Below are positions 28,811 through 39,800 of a stretch of 64,000 bases of DNA, one piece after another; positions within the stretch are counted from its first letter, which is position 1; the number at the start of each line of letters is the position of its first letter. The notes under the pieces are model-generated. The model did no database searches. It saw only the letters and a list, made by a program, of their open reading frames with translations, and was not told the DNA's origin. The stretch lies in the IMG/VR virus record IMGVR_UViG_3300032326_002378, one strand, 5' to 3'. The position numbers and the translations under genes are program-made. The stretch comes from an uncultured virus (IMG/VR IMGVR_UViG_3300032326_002378). Lineage: Duplodnaviria; Heunggongvirae; Uroviricota; Caudoviricetes.

Positions 28811-31726
28811 TTATCTATTTTGATTATACTTAATAGAGCTGTACTGACCACTTAAATAAAACGCATTATCAAAGCTATTGGCTGTAAGTGCTCGTACAAT
28901 TCCTAAGATGTCTCCAGTATTGGTTTGAATCTTTCTTTCAAATGAGGAATTTTCTTTTACCCAGATTTCTTTATCAGGTGAATAAGAGAAAATCTTTATT
29001 TGTCTATCGTCTGGATTATCTGAAAATCTGTTAGTATTCAAACCATCGCAAATTGCATATAAAGTGCCATTATGAAAAGTTAAAATCCTAGTTCCACCAG
29101 CAGAAGGAAATCTCCATGAATTGTGAAGATTCAATACTTTTTTACTGTTCGGATTGTAAGTACCACCTGCTATATACCTAAGCTGAGTATATCCAAACAA
29201 AGATTCATCATCAGTAGGAGTAAGTTTTCCAATTTTGATTTTGGGTCTGTCATAATCAGAAACAGAAGTTTTATAAGTATCAGCTACAATAAAGTTTTTG
29301 TAATCAAGAACTGGATAATCTTGATTACCAGCCCATACTTGAACATCTTTATCTTGAACAGTTATTCTTACTTTTGATGGAAACAAATTGATATCAAAAA
29401 AGCTGTCTTTATTTACAATCTGAATATAATCGATATAAGCATTAGTTGGTCTTGAACTATCTTCTGAAAGTCCACTAAGCTCTAAAGCAATTTGGCTAAT
29501 AGTTCCATGCCAAGCTGGACTCAATTCATATAAAACATAATCGCTTGAGTTTTTAATTTCAACACCAGACCAATTTTCAAATTGTTGATTTTTATAGCTC
29601 CAAGATAGTCTTAATTGTCCCTTAGAAATTGTAAATCCAGCTTGAGCGGCAATTTTAAGTTTGACAAAAACTTTTGTATTTGAATTGACTTCTACATTAA
29701 CTGCGCTATTTAAAATGTATGGATTTCCTGTTGCGCCTAAAGTCTCTAAATGAAGAACTTGAGTTTTCTTGGCAACATTGTCAACAGTGTATTCATTTTC
29801 TTCAATAACAGAAAGTGTTTCTATTAACCCACCGATTTCCCAATTAGATGTTGTTCTGGAATCATAAAAGTTCCAATTCTTCAAAAATCCAAAACGAGGC
29901 AAGTCAATCACAGCTTGGCTATTGCCGCTGGACAGTTTAACTTTCTGATAATTAAACTCTAATTTATATTGTCTGTATCCATCAGACACTTCTATTCCTT
30001 GATAACCGTCTTTAATGTCACCAATTTGATCGACATAAGAATTACTTGCTAAGTTATTATCAAAACCTATCCAATAAGGCTCAGCATCTTCATTTGAATA
30101 CTTTTTGTATCCAGCATTGAACAATTCTAATTCTATTGTATGTTGAGGTTTATAGAAGCTAAAGTTTCCAACATAAACATCAGTAGTATTGATGAGATAT
30201 CTTGTATTGGAATTGATAAAACCATTTTTAACAATAAAACCGACTCTAGTTGCAGAAGCAGTATTAAAAGTTGCTCTGACTAAATTATAAGTTCCACCAG
30301 AAAAATTAACTACATAAATACCATTTTGCGATTGAGTAGTTTGATCTTTCAATAAAACTGTAGAATTGATAGATGTTTGAAATCCATCTATAATTGGCAA
30401 ATCAGCATTGGACAAACTAACATTTACAGTAGAAGCACAATCAACTTCATTGAATGCCAGTTGAGTAGATGTTTTATCAAGAACTTGTTCCCAGTCAGAA
30501 CCAGTTGAAAATTCAAATGCTGTTTCAGAGTTTGCAGTGCCAGTTACTAACATCAAGTCTTTGAACTTGCTTGGATTTGACAAGTCATACAGGTATTGAT
30601 GATTTACGTTAGCATGGAATCTTGAATTAGTTACTCCACCTTCTGAGTAATATTGTGCTGGAGCTGGGTCGTCAATAAAGACTCTATCAAAGACTTGAGT
30701 ACCCCATTCTTCATCATTTAATGGGTTGTTAATTTTGACTTCAGAATATGACCAAACTTCTGGTCTATTAGAAATACCAGCAAATAATTGATTATGGCCA
30801 ACTTCAAAGCATTGTATGTCAAATGTTTCTCTGTCATAATCTTCGATATTATCAGGTGTCAAAATATGCACAACTGTTGACTCTGTTTCATTAATTACTT
30901 GTTCGTTTGCATCTGATAAAAATGAGTCAGGTGGGTTTAATTTACTTTCTGGAATTCTTGAATATATTCCAAATTGATTATTCTTCATTCCCAAGAAAAG
31001 TTTGTTGAAAGCAGATGCCATGCAATTGACACCTGGATTAGATAAATCTCCTACAGCTTCCCAAGTGTTTCCATATTGCGCTTCGGCTAATTCTGCTCTA
31101 AACAAACTAGTGTCATTACTGCTTCCGGCATAAATGTAAGGAATGTTTTCATGAGCAAACTGATGGATACACAATGCAGATACAGGTTTCAAAACTCCTG
31201 CGTTAGCAAATTGATATATCTCTTTTATTCTAATTCCATCATAAAACCAAATCTTGCCAGAAACACCGCCTAAAAATAAGCCTTCATCACTGCTAACAAC
31301 GGATAAAATTGCTCTTTCGTTTTGATAAGTAAAATCAATTAAAAACTGTGGTCTTTCTTGATTTCTTTTCCAAATTGATGCAACATTTTTTACAATCTTA
31401 ACTGAAACTGAAGAAGTATTTGTAATAGGATAATCAGGGTCAAAAACAAGTAAATTATTAGCTTCATCTATACCAAAAGCATTGTTATTAGGGGCGCCAG
31501 TAATAGTAATTGTGTCAGAAGAACTTAAAACTATTTTTCTACCAATTGACCCTGTGTCTTGTGAAATTAAAAAATAAGCAGTATTGTCATCGTAATCTGT
31601 GTTGTTAGAATTGAGTAGAGTAGCGTAATTATAGACAGTCTGAGTTATTCCCATCATGTACAACCATGATTCAGAATCAAACTTGCTTTGCCAAACTATG
31701 CTTTGATTAAATATTGTGCTACTCAT
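28811..31726 (-). CDS. Large virion protein with beta-propeller and tail-fibre-type domain (971 aa)
   Basis: IDGF...VLLKDQTTQSQNGIYVV motif; propeller blades (FNKLFLG, HNGTLYA). Confidence 0.7.
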   Translation of the reverse strand: MSSTIFNQSIVWQSKFDSESWLYMMGITQTVYNYATLLNSNNTDYDDNTAYFLISQDTGSIGRKIVLSSSDTITITGAPNNNAFGIDEANNLLVFDPDYPITNTSSVSVKIVKNVASIWKRNQERPQFLIDFTYQNERAILSVVSSDEGLFLGGVSGKIWFYDGIRIKEIYQFANAGVLKPVSALCIHQFAHENIPYIYAGSSNDTSLFRAELAEAQYGNTWEAVGDLSNPGVNCMASAFNKLFLGMKNNQFGIYSRIPESKLNPPDSFLSDANEQVINETESTVVHILTPDNIEDYDRETFDIQCFEVGHNQLFAGISNRPEVWSYSEVKINNPLNDEEWGTQVFDRVFIDDPAPAQYYSEGGVTNSRFHANVNHQYLYDLSNPSKFKDLMLVTGTANSETAFEFSTGSDWEQVLDKTSTQLAFNEVDCASTVNVSLSNADLPIIDGFQTSINSTVLLKDQTTQSQNGIYVVNFSGGTYNLVRATFNTASATRVGFIVKNGFINSNTRYLINTTDVYVGNFSFYKPQHTIELELFNAGYKKYSNEDAEPYWIGFDNNLASNSYVDQIGDIKDGYQGIEVSDGYRQYKLEFNYQKVKLSSGNSQAVIDLPRFGFLKNWNFYDSRTTSNWEIGGLIETLSVIEENEYTVDNVAKKTQVLHLETLGATGNPYILNSAVNVEVNSNTKVFVKLKIAAQAGFTISKGQLRLSWSYKNQQFENWSGVEIKNSSDYVLYELSPAWHGTISQIALELSGLSEDSSRPTNAYIDYIQIVNKDSFFDINLFPSKVRITVQDKDVQVWAGNQDYPVLDYKNFIVADTYKTSVSDYDRPKIKIGKLTPTDDESLFGYTQLRYIAGGTYNPNSKKVLNLHNSWRFPSAGGTRILTFHNGTLYAICDGLNTNRFSDNPDDRQIKIFSYSPDKEIWVKENSSFERKIQTNTGDILGIVRALTANSFDNAFYLSGQYSSIKYNQNR

Positions 31727-31737
31727 TTACAGGCTCA

Positions 31738-34700
31738 TTACTTTTTAATTTTAATTATTTTATTCCATTTGACTTCAGGTTGTGTAATATTGTTACCATA
31801 GTCTCTGAAAGCTATTTCAACTTTTTTAACACCATCTGATTCATTAGTAAATAAAACTGGTGCATAGGAATTGTACATTTGCCAATTTGACCAGGTTGAT
31901 GGACCGTCATTGTAAACTCTTCTTATTTTAAAGTCTTTAATTCCTGAAACTGTATCGGTTCCATTTACTTTCAACCATGAATTAGTTTTATTAGTTAAAA
32001 ATACTTGCTTATTAGTTTCTAAATTGTAAAACTCAATTGTTCCAGAAGGAGCTTCTGTATCTACTGCTGCAATTGCTTGAGCAACAAATGTGTAAGGATA
32101 TGACTCAGAAATATTTCCAGCAAAGTCCATTAATTGGACCCATACTTTACGTGCTCCAGAATATCCAATGTTTTGTTGGGCAAAAAGGTTATTTGAAGCT
32201 CCAGCGTAATCATAACGTGAAGATCCATGGAAGAAGACTGTGTAAAGATTATTGCCTTGGTAATTTGTAAAAAGATCCCAGCTTTGCCATGGTTCAAAGT
32301 AAATCAATCCATAATCAGTTTCTTTAGCAAATCTAAATGCTAAAATACCCGAATCAATATCAGAGGCATTTATTTGAAAGGTTGCTGTTCTTACTGTAAC
32401 TTTGTCATGTAAGGACAAAGTAGGTCTTACAGCCAAAGATGAAGTTAAGTCAGCTGGACCTTTGATATCAATACTTGTTGGTAAAGAAATATTTGAACCA
32501 TCACTTGATAAACCTGAATGTGATAATGCCGATATTCTTGCTTGTTGAATTGATAAATGATTGGTATTTGATCTTCTTTTTGAATATCTAGCAAACAATT
32601 TAAACCACAAGTCAGATGCTAGATTCCAGCCTGCGTATTTACCTGATTCTATTTTATTTCCAGAATCATATTTAATACCATTGGCTGTACCCAAATCAAC
32701 TCCCATAGGTGTATTTACCGCAAGCCAAATCTTTTCACCAGCATCAAGGCTTAATAAATTATCTGCAAGAACAAATTGAACTAAATCATTGTTACTTTTA
32801 AGTGTTGATATGGTAGAAGTTATTGTTTCTGCATTAAATGAAATCCAATCAGATATTGGACTATCTGGAACATTGTTTGTTGAGTCGTTAGAATAGAATC
32901 TAATTTTGAACTCATCATATGGGAAAGAAGTATTAGCAACTGTCCATTTTGATTTGATTTCAAGCAGCAATGGATTCATAGCAGTTGAAATAAAACTTGA
33001 GAATGATGATATTTCTATATCTTTAAACCAGATTGTATTGTAGAAATATCTCTTAGCTCCTTTTCTTTGAACAAACCAAATTGTGTTTGCATTTACTGTT
33101 CCAGAGCTAACAGTTATTTTTTGATTGTTGACATAAGAGTCATAAATTGTAAATGTTGTATTGTTTACTTTTCTATAAATCTTATTGTAAGAATTATCCA
33201 CTTGATCTTTGATAATTATTAAGTCGTTAACATTGAGACTTGAAATTGCCACTCCATCAATTTCACTAGTTGTTGTAAGGAACAAAGTACTACCAACTAA
33301 TAACAAATCGTCAATATTTCCACCAGCTGAAGCACAAGACACAACTAAGTTTGTCGCATCTCCTGCGGGTGGAGCTACATAATTAAATCCGTTGAAGTCC
33401 GTATTGGAGCTCATCAAAACTTGCCCTAAATAAGGTTTTGCTTTACTTGCTCCTTCATTTGCCAGCATGAATGATCTTATGCTTTCAGGCTTGTTAAAAT
33501 AATCTTTTTCAATTCCTGGTAATGATTTAAAGATTGCTTCATAAATAAAGTTTTCATCAGATGTAGTTCCGTATTCATCTTCTTTGAACCCAAAACCAAC
33601 ATAATATCCCAAGCCATTTTCATTAGGGCTGAACTTTTTAGAAAGCTGAATGTAGCCTTCTATATTTGAGCCTCTTCTCAAGCAAACCCAAGTTGCATCA
33701 GCAGATTTTCTTTGGCTTGTACCAGATAAACCTTCAGGATTAAAGTCAGTAATTTCTATTGTGTAAGTATCATTCTGAACACCTGTCAATGGCTTATATG
33801 ATCTCAAGACATAATTTGATAATGACTTGTCTGCGTTTCTTTGACTAATATTTACTTCGTTTTTGATTGCGCTGAATCTGACAACAAGAGTTTCATTATT
33901 AGTATAGTCTTCAGATAAATTATATTCTGGATCGCAGTTTATACCTAAAACACTTGCATAGTTTAAATCGGTTGGAAAATCTGATGCAAAAACAACATAT
34001 AACTCATCACAATTATGTTGATAGTTTAATGTCAAACTTGCTCTATTTGACAAAGATGGTTTTAAAAATTGAAACTCTTGATAGCTTGGAGCATAAGGAG
34101 TGTCAATAGAAATATCTTGTATTTTAGGAACTGTAATTTTATCAGTGTCATATGTTGGTGCTGTAGAAGAAGATTGCTCAAAATAATTAGTCTGTTTCAT
34201 CTCCTCATCAAAATAAACATCCCAGTTTGAAGTTATTGAAGTGATAGGAAAATTCAAACCTGTAAAATCATCATTTTTGCAGTCACCTAAGTCTGCAGCA
34301 ATTATAGAAGGCCCAGAAGCAGAAATTATTTCTTGTACCTTAACAGTTACACCAATTGCACTTGAACCATTGTAAAATACATTAAACTGAGGATAAAAAT
34401 CAGCTACTTGTGGTGGATACGGCATCAATGAACGAGAAAGTAAATAACTCTTTTTATCTAAATTGGCTACATGGGTAGATCCAATGTTTTCAGTAAAATA
34501 ACTTTCTACAATAAACTCATTATTGCCAGTGTCTTGTAAATATGTCTCAAAAATGCCACCCTCTAAAACCTTTGGTGCCAAATGAGCTGGTAATGTAGTT
34601 CTTTGATAAATTGATGATTCTCCAATAGATGAAGTTACATCATACATAAATGCTTCTGGAAATGTTAAATCACTTACATCAAGTCTAGTAACAATTTGAT

Positions 34701-35781
34701 CTTCATCTGTAGCAGATTGAGTTTTGATGACGTTGTAGAAAGAAATTGTATACCCATTGCCTGCATTTAAGGTATCTAATGTATATTTGGATTGAACATA
34801 AAATCCATTATTTGTTGTATCTAAAGTTAGTCCAGTATCGCCATCGAAACATACACCTTTGGTATAAGACGATACACTAGAATATAATCTAAAATCAGCA
34901 TTTATGTCTGCCGTAGATGGGGAATTATATGTAAAGGTAGTTGCTGGGTTGGGAATTCTAGTTCCAGATCTAGCAAAACCATATGTTGTAAATGACAAAG
35001 CAGCTAAAGGACCGACAGCAGGAGTTGCTAGAGAAGTTAAATATATATTTGTTGATCCTATCGCAGAATATAAATTGTAACTACCTGTAAGCTTAGCCAC
35101 TTCAACAATGCTCCCAAGATATGTAGCTGGGCCATTTAAATTAGTTTCATTAGCATCGGAAGCGCCTTTAAATGTAATTAAAGAATGCGCTCCTGTCCAT
35201 CCGCTTTTTAGTGATGAATATTCTACTTGAGATGGTGTTGTAGGATATTGACCTTCCCAATATATTTGATCAAAAACTCCACCACCATTAGGATATTCTG
35301 CTTGATCATTGCCAATTGAAAGAACAACTTTGAAGTAAACAGTTGAAAGTCCACCATTAGCACTTAGAGGCCAATTGTTTATTAAAAAATATCCAGTTCC
35401 TGCTGCTGAAGAAGTACTTGATATAGAAGATAATGAAGTATTGTAAAAATATTGAGGATTTAAATTAATTGTGTAATCTAATTCTGGATCATATTCTGAA
35501 GGAACAGCTGGGAAATTACTAATTACTAAAGTTGCAGACGGATCAAATTGTGGATCGTTTGAAATGTAAAGATTTTTAATTCTTGTCGGGGTGTAAACAG
35601 TTTGCCTTGTTTCAGCATCTCTAACTTCAAACTTAAATTTTAAAAGGTTTCTGTTGAGATCTAAATTAGGATCTTGTGATGACTTCTTATTGACATAGAT
35701 TTTACCAAGCTCAATGAACTCTGAATTGAGAGATTCGCTTCTTAAATTGTCAGGTAAAATAATCTTTGTTGAATACGCCAT
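31738..35781 (-). CDS. Large virion protein with C-terminal Ig-like repeats (1347 aa)
   Basis: IDGV...IIIKDQ motif; two D.SG..F...WxxW...G.KKV...D.AGN repeats at the C-terminus. Confidence 0.7.
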   Translation of the reverse strand: MAYSTKIILPDNLRSESLNSEFIELGKIYVNKKSSQDPNLDLNRNLLKFKFEVRDAETRQTVYTPTRIKNLYISNDPQFDPSATLVISNFPAVPSEYDPELDYTINLNPQYFYNTSLSSISSTSSAAGTGYFLINNWPLSANGGLSTVYFKVVLSIGNDQAEYPNGGGVFDQIYWEGQYPTTPSQVEYSSLKSGWTGAHSLITFKGASDANETNLNGPATYLGSIVEVAKLTGSYNLYSAIGSTNIYLTSLATPAVGPLAALSFTTYGFARSGTRIPNPATTFTYNSPSTADINADFRLYSSVSSYTKGVCFDGDTGLTLDTTNNGFYVQSKYTLDTLNAGNGYTISFYNVIKTQSATDEDQIVTRLDVSDLTFPEAFMYDVTSSIGESSIYQRTTLPAHLAPKVLEGGIFETYLQDTGNNEFIVESYFTENIGSTHVANLDKKSYLLSRSLMPYPPQVADFYPQFNVFYNGSSAIGVTVKVQEIISASGPSIIAADLGDCKNDDFTGLNFPITSITSNWDVYFDEEMKQTNYFEQSSSTAPTYDTDKITVPKIQDISIDTPYAPSYQEFQFLKPSLSNRASLTLNYQHNCDELYVVFASDFPTDLNYASVLGINCDPEYNLSEDYTNNETLVVRFSAIKNEVNISQRNADKSLSNYVLRSYKPLTGVQNDTYTIEITDFNPEGLSGTSQRKSADATWVCLRRGSNIEGYIQLSKKFSPNENGLGYYVGFGFKEDEYGTTSDENFIYEAIFKSLPGIEKDYFNKPESIRSFMLANEGASKAKPYLGQVLMSSNTDFNGFNYVAPPAGDATNLVVSCASAGGNIDDLLLVGSTLFLTTTSEIDGVAISSLNVNDLIIIKDQVDNSYNKIYRKVNNTTFTIYDSYVNNQKITVSSGTVNANTIWFVQRKGAKRYFYNTIWFKDIEISSFSSFISTAMNPLLLEIKSKWTVANTSFPYDEFKIRFYSNDSTNNVPDSPISDWISFNAETITSTISTLKSNNDLVQFVLADNLLSLDAGEKIWLAVNTPMGVDLGTANGIKYDSGNKIESGKYAGWNLASDLWFKLFARYSKRRSNTNHLSIQQARISALSHSGLSSDGSNISLPTSIDIKGPADLTSSLAVRPTLSLHDKVTVRTATFQINASDIDSGILAFRFAKETDYGLIYFEPWQSWDLFTNYQGNNLYTVFFHGSSRYDYAGASNNLFAQQNIGYSGARKVWVQLMDFAGNISESYPYTFVAQAIAAVDTEAPSGTIEFYNLETNKQVFLTNKTNSWLKVNGTDTVSGIKDFKIRRVYNDGPSTWSNWQMYNSYAPVLFTNESDGVKKVEIAFRDYGNNITQPEVKWNKIIKIKK

Positions 35782-35824
35782 TTAGAGCACCATTTTATAT
35801 TTTTTGGGAGATCTTTAATGAAAT

Positions 35825-35852
35825 TATTCTCGTAAAAGACCTCTTAGCCCTT
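35825..35852 (-). promoter_or_regulatory. WAGG-N18-AGAA candidate phage promoter
   Basis: AAGG gctaagaggtcttttacg AGAATA, 45 nt before ATG 35781. Confidence 0.65.
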
Positions 35853-35854
35853 GA

Positions 35855-36841
35855 CTAACTGATCAAGAAATCAAATTGTAAAGGTATATCTCTTTGTACA
35901 GTTACAGGAGAATAAACATCTAAGTACATATAACCATCAACATATTCGATATTGTCTTGTATGCCAGATTTGTGAAAAATGTATTCAGCATAATAAATTG
36001 AAATATTTTTAGCTGTATCTTTATGCAACAAAGTCATGGTGATGTATTCAGCTGCTTTAACAGTATCTAATCCATTTGGAAGATAAAGTTTTAATTGACA
36101 TTTTGATGAAGACCCAACTGTAAGAGTTGATTCCAAAATAGAATTACAAACTATTTTGAAATAAAGCTTCTTGCTCATCTCGCCTAAACCAGTGGAATAT
36201 GCATTCTTTTCAGATTCAGTAAGAAAAGTACTATCCTCTGCTGGAACTGTTGAAATAATAGGCACACCATGTCTAATTAATCTAGGTAACTTAAATGCTG
36301 GATCAACAGAAGAAGTTACTGATTTAGAAGAATTATAGTAATCAAAAACTCCAATTGAAAATTCAGGTTCTCTAACTCCAAACGGAATAGTTGGTAAACC
36401 CGAAGGACTTGTAAAAGAAACAACTTCAGGTGCACTTAACTTTTTAATTTCTAATGTTTTACTTTGCAATCTTAAATTAGCATTATCATGTAATACCTTA
36501 ACTAAAATTGCATTATTTGAATTAAACTCAAACTTACCAAAATCAATTGAAAGTTGTATAGCATCATCTAAAATTAAGGTTTTTTCATCAACCTGATTAA
36601 TTTTGACATTATCAATTTTAATTGCAAAAGAAACACTATAAGAAACATCTTTAGATATTTCAAAAATAAGACTTTCATCAGATTCAATGATTGTAGCTTT
36701 GACATTTTTTCTCAAAATTACTACAGGATTGTATTGATTTGAGTTTTCTATAAAGTTATCAGGTGCAGAAACAAGCTGTATTTCAACTTGTCTATCATTA
36801 ATTGTTGTTTGTATTGATGGGTTTCTTGCGGAAATATTCAT
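35855..36841 (-). CDS. Hypothetical beta-rich protein (virion block)
   Basis: 328-aa ORF, co-directional and tightly packed. Confidence 0.7.
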   Translation of the reverse strand: MNISARNPSIQTTINDRQVEIQLVSAPDNFIENSNQYNPVVILRKNVKATIIESDESLIFEISKDVSYSVSFAIKIDNVKINQVDEKTLILDDAIQLSIDFGKFEFNSNNAILVKVLHDNANLRLQSKTLEIKKLSAPEVVSFTSPSGLPTIPFGVREPEFSIGVFDYYNSSKSVTSSVDPAFKLPRLIRHGVPIISTVPAEDSTFLTESEKNAYSTGLGEMSKKLYFKIVCNSILESTLTVGSSSKCQLKLYLPNGLDTVKAAEYITMTLLHKDTAKNISIYYAEYIFHKSGIQDNIEYVDGYMYLDVYSPVTVQRDIPLQFDFLIS

Positions 36842-36845
36842 ATCT

Positions 36846-39800
36846 TTACTCGGCTACCAAAAGATCTCCATTACTCAACACATTAAGGCCTGTCGGTTTG
36901 GTAAGTAAGCCTTTATTATTCCAAGATTTTACTACAGTGCCAGAGGTATTGATTCTTAGAAGTTTTGAGTTTTTACCATTATTAAATCTATCATCAACCA
37001 ACACATAATATTCGCCAGATTTTTCAGTTGGTAAAGCATAAACAGCATCGCCTTGCAACGTAATGTTTACGATTGGGAAATCATCTGTATTTGTTCTTCT
37101 TATAACCATCAATTTTCCTAAAACAGTTGATGATTGCGAAGGAGTTGCAACTAATATGTTTCCATTATTCAACTCATATGCAGAACCTAACAAATCTGAA
37201 TTGAATGCAACTAAAGTACTAGGCAAAGTCCAAAGAACACTATTAGCTGTATCGTAATCAAATGCCACAATTGAGTTAACAAATGGTTGAGCAACTATGT
37301 ATTGATAAGAATTATTTACCATTACCGAAATAGGATTAAATATGTTTGCATAATAAATTGGACCAGTCAACATATTTAATTCTATAGGAGCTATTTGAGC
37401 AACAGTTTGACCAGATTTAGGAGGCGCAATTAAAGTTGTTGTAATCCCATCTCCGTTGTAATCAAATATTTCTGTTATATCTCCATCTGCCATAGCCTTA
37501 AAATCAAAGCTTTGGAAAGCAGAAGATACTTTCTTTGGTGAAACAGAATCAAATATCTCAACAGTTCCAAAAAGATTTGTATTTCCTTTTAATTCAAATC
37601 TTTTTAAAGAAGGACTATCTAAAATATCATTAACATTCCAATCAGCTTTTACAGACAAAGAACCAGGCTTCCCACCATCTCCTAGACCTCCTCCTGTACT
37701 TCCTGAAGGTGGTCCAACTATAGTTCCTGGAGTTGAAGAGCCTGTACCAGAAATATTATTTGTGTTGTTTGAAGATTCACTATCATTCGTAGCAATTCCG
37801 TTTGATGAGAATGCTCCAGATAATATAATTACCCTTTTGTCTGTTGCTGAAGTTAAAAGCTTATTCATTTTTGAAGTAAGTTTTATTACAACAGTAGATG
37901 ACTTTTGAGATACTAATGGAGTTAACAATTCTACAGAAGTAACATATGCAATCTCATTACAAGATATATCAAGGCCATCATAAATAATTTTGATTTTACT
38001 TGCGTCTACAATATTTACACACTGAGAAAATGGAAGATAAATTACAGCAACGTCAGGATTGTAGTGTGCTGCTAAAACCATAAAATCTCTTTCTGCAAGT
38101 TTTAATCTTAAATTACCTTGAATTATCTTTTTGACTATTCCATTTGAATCAAAATGGATAATTCTGTCATTTGCAGTATCTGCATAAATTGCAGATTCAT
38201 CCCATAATATTCTAAAGTCTTTTGGTTTATAAAATCCATAATTTGTTGACTTATTGAATATTTGCCAAGGGGTTAAATAAGTAGAAAGATTATTAATAGC
38301 AGTACTGTTATCTTTACCATCTTCGTAAGTAGACTTTGTTGTTGTTGAAGTGGTTTGTAAGGCAGAAAGTGCACTACTTTTTGATAAATAGATCCAGTTT
38401 CCAACATCTTTTTTATCAAGTGTGAGAACATTTTTAGTCAGACCGCCTTCAGTGTAGTTTGGACCATATAAGATATTGAACTTTTGGTATTCACTTTCAA
38501 TCCACCCAGATTGATCGTCTTCAATGTTATCATACTTTGTATTCCAAGTTCTGCTCTGATCTCCACCAACTGAAGTGTAATCAATGCTTAATTCTTCAAA
38601 CTCAGGAGTATTTAAACCCTCAGAATCTGCATAAAGATCAATTACTATATCTAACCATTTACCAATATTGAACTTGGGACTAGTGTACGTTCCTGATCCT
38701 GGCAAAGTGATGCTGTATGATGATGGTGGGACAATTTCATATGTTCCACTGATCAAGGTTGCTTCTTCAGTAATATCCAAAGCAGTTAGTGAATTCAAAT
38801 CATCCTCTACCGCACTATCAGTAATTCTTGCAGATATGGTATACGATGTACCAGCAGGCACTGTAATTTTATATGAGTACAAATTAAGAGTAGCAGATGT
38901 GCTTCCTGTATCAAGCCTAAATATGTATCTTGCACTTTCTGAATAAAGGTATTCATTCCATAAGAATAAGGCTGAAAGATTGCCATTAGCTGTATTTAGT
39001 CTTGCATCTTGTAGTGCTGTCAAATCATTACCGCTGTTATCTACAAGTAATTCAGAAGCAGGAGCAACTAATTTCAAACTTGGAGAAGCATCACCGTTCC
39101 ATCTTTCAGTAGAAGTATCGTCAGTTTTTATATAAAAAGCAAAACCGACTACATTTACTCTGTCAGAAGGCAACTCTATCATTTCTGAAAGATCGACATC
39201 TACAAAGATATCTGTTGCATAATCATCAGTACCTTTAGTAAAAATCTTTCTTGGAAGAGTTCTTTTAATTTCCAATGTCTGAACAGTAGAATTAGCTCTA
39301 TCTTCAATGGTTTCACTCACCAATGTTCCGTCAGTAATTCTATTATCTGTTGGATCTACCAGTAAGACCATATATATTGAACATGCTGAATCTGTTTCTG
39401 TTAAATTAATACCAAGACCGATATTAGTTACATTACTCCAATCTCTTTTTGTTGTTGGAATTGTAAAAAGAGTGTATTGGGTATCAGTGTATGTATCGTT
39501 TGTATTTCTAATTTTTTTAGTATAGTAATTCCATCCATAAGCTGCATTTTCATAATCAGGTCCAGCAGCATTTGACAATACAGTAAAATTGATTGGTGTA
39601 TCAATCTTAAAAATACCATCAGCATTGTCTTCTGTAGTACCCTCAATTTTAATGTTTGAGTTTGTATATAATTCACCAATATCTTTACCATTAATGTAAT
39701 TAAACATTGTAGTAAAATTATTCTTAGTGGTAAAGAAAACATTGAAAGCTGTGTTGGAGTCACTTGCAGCTGCTTCAATAAAGTTGACTGAAGCATCATA

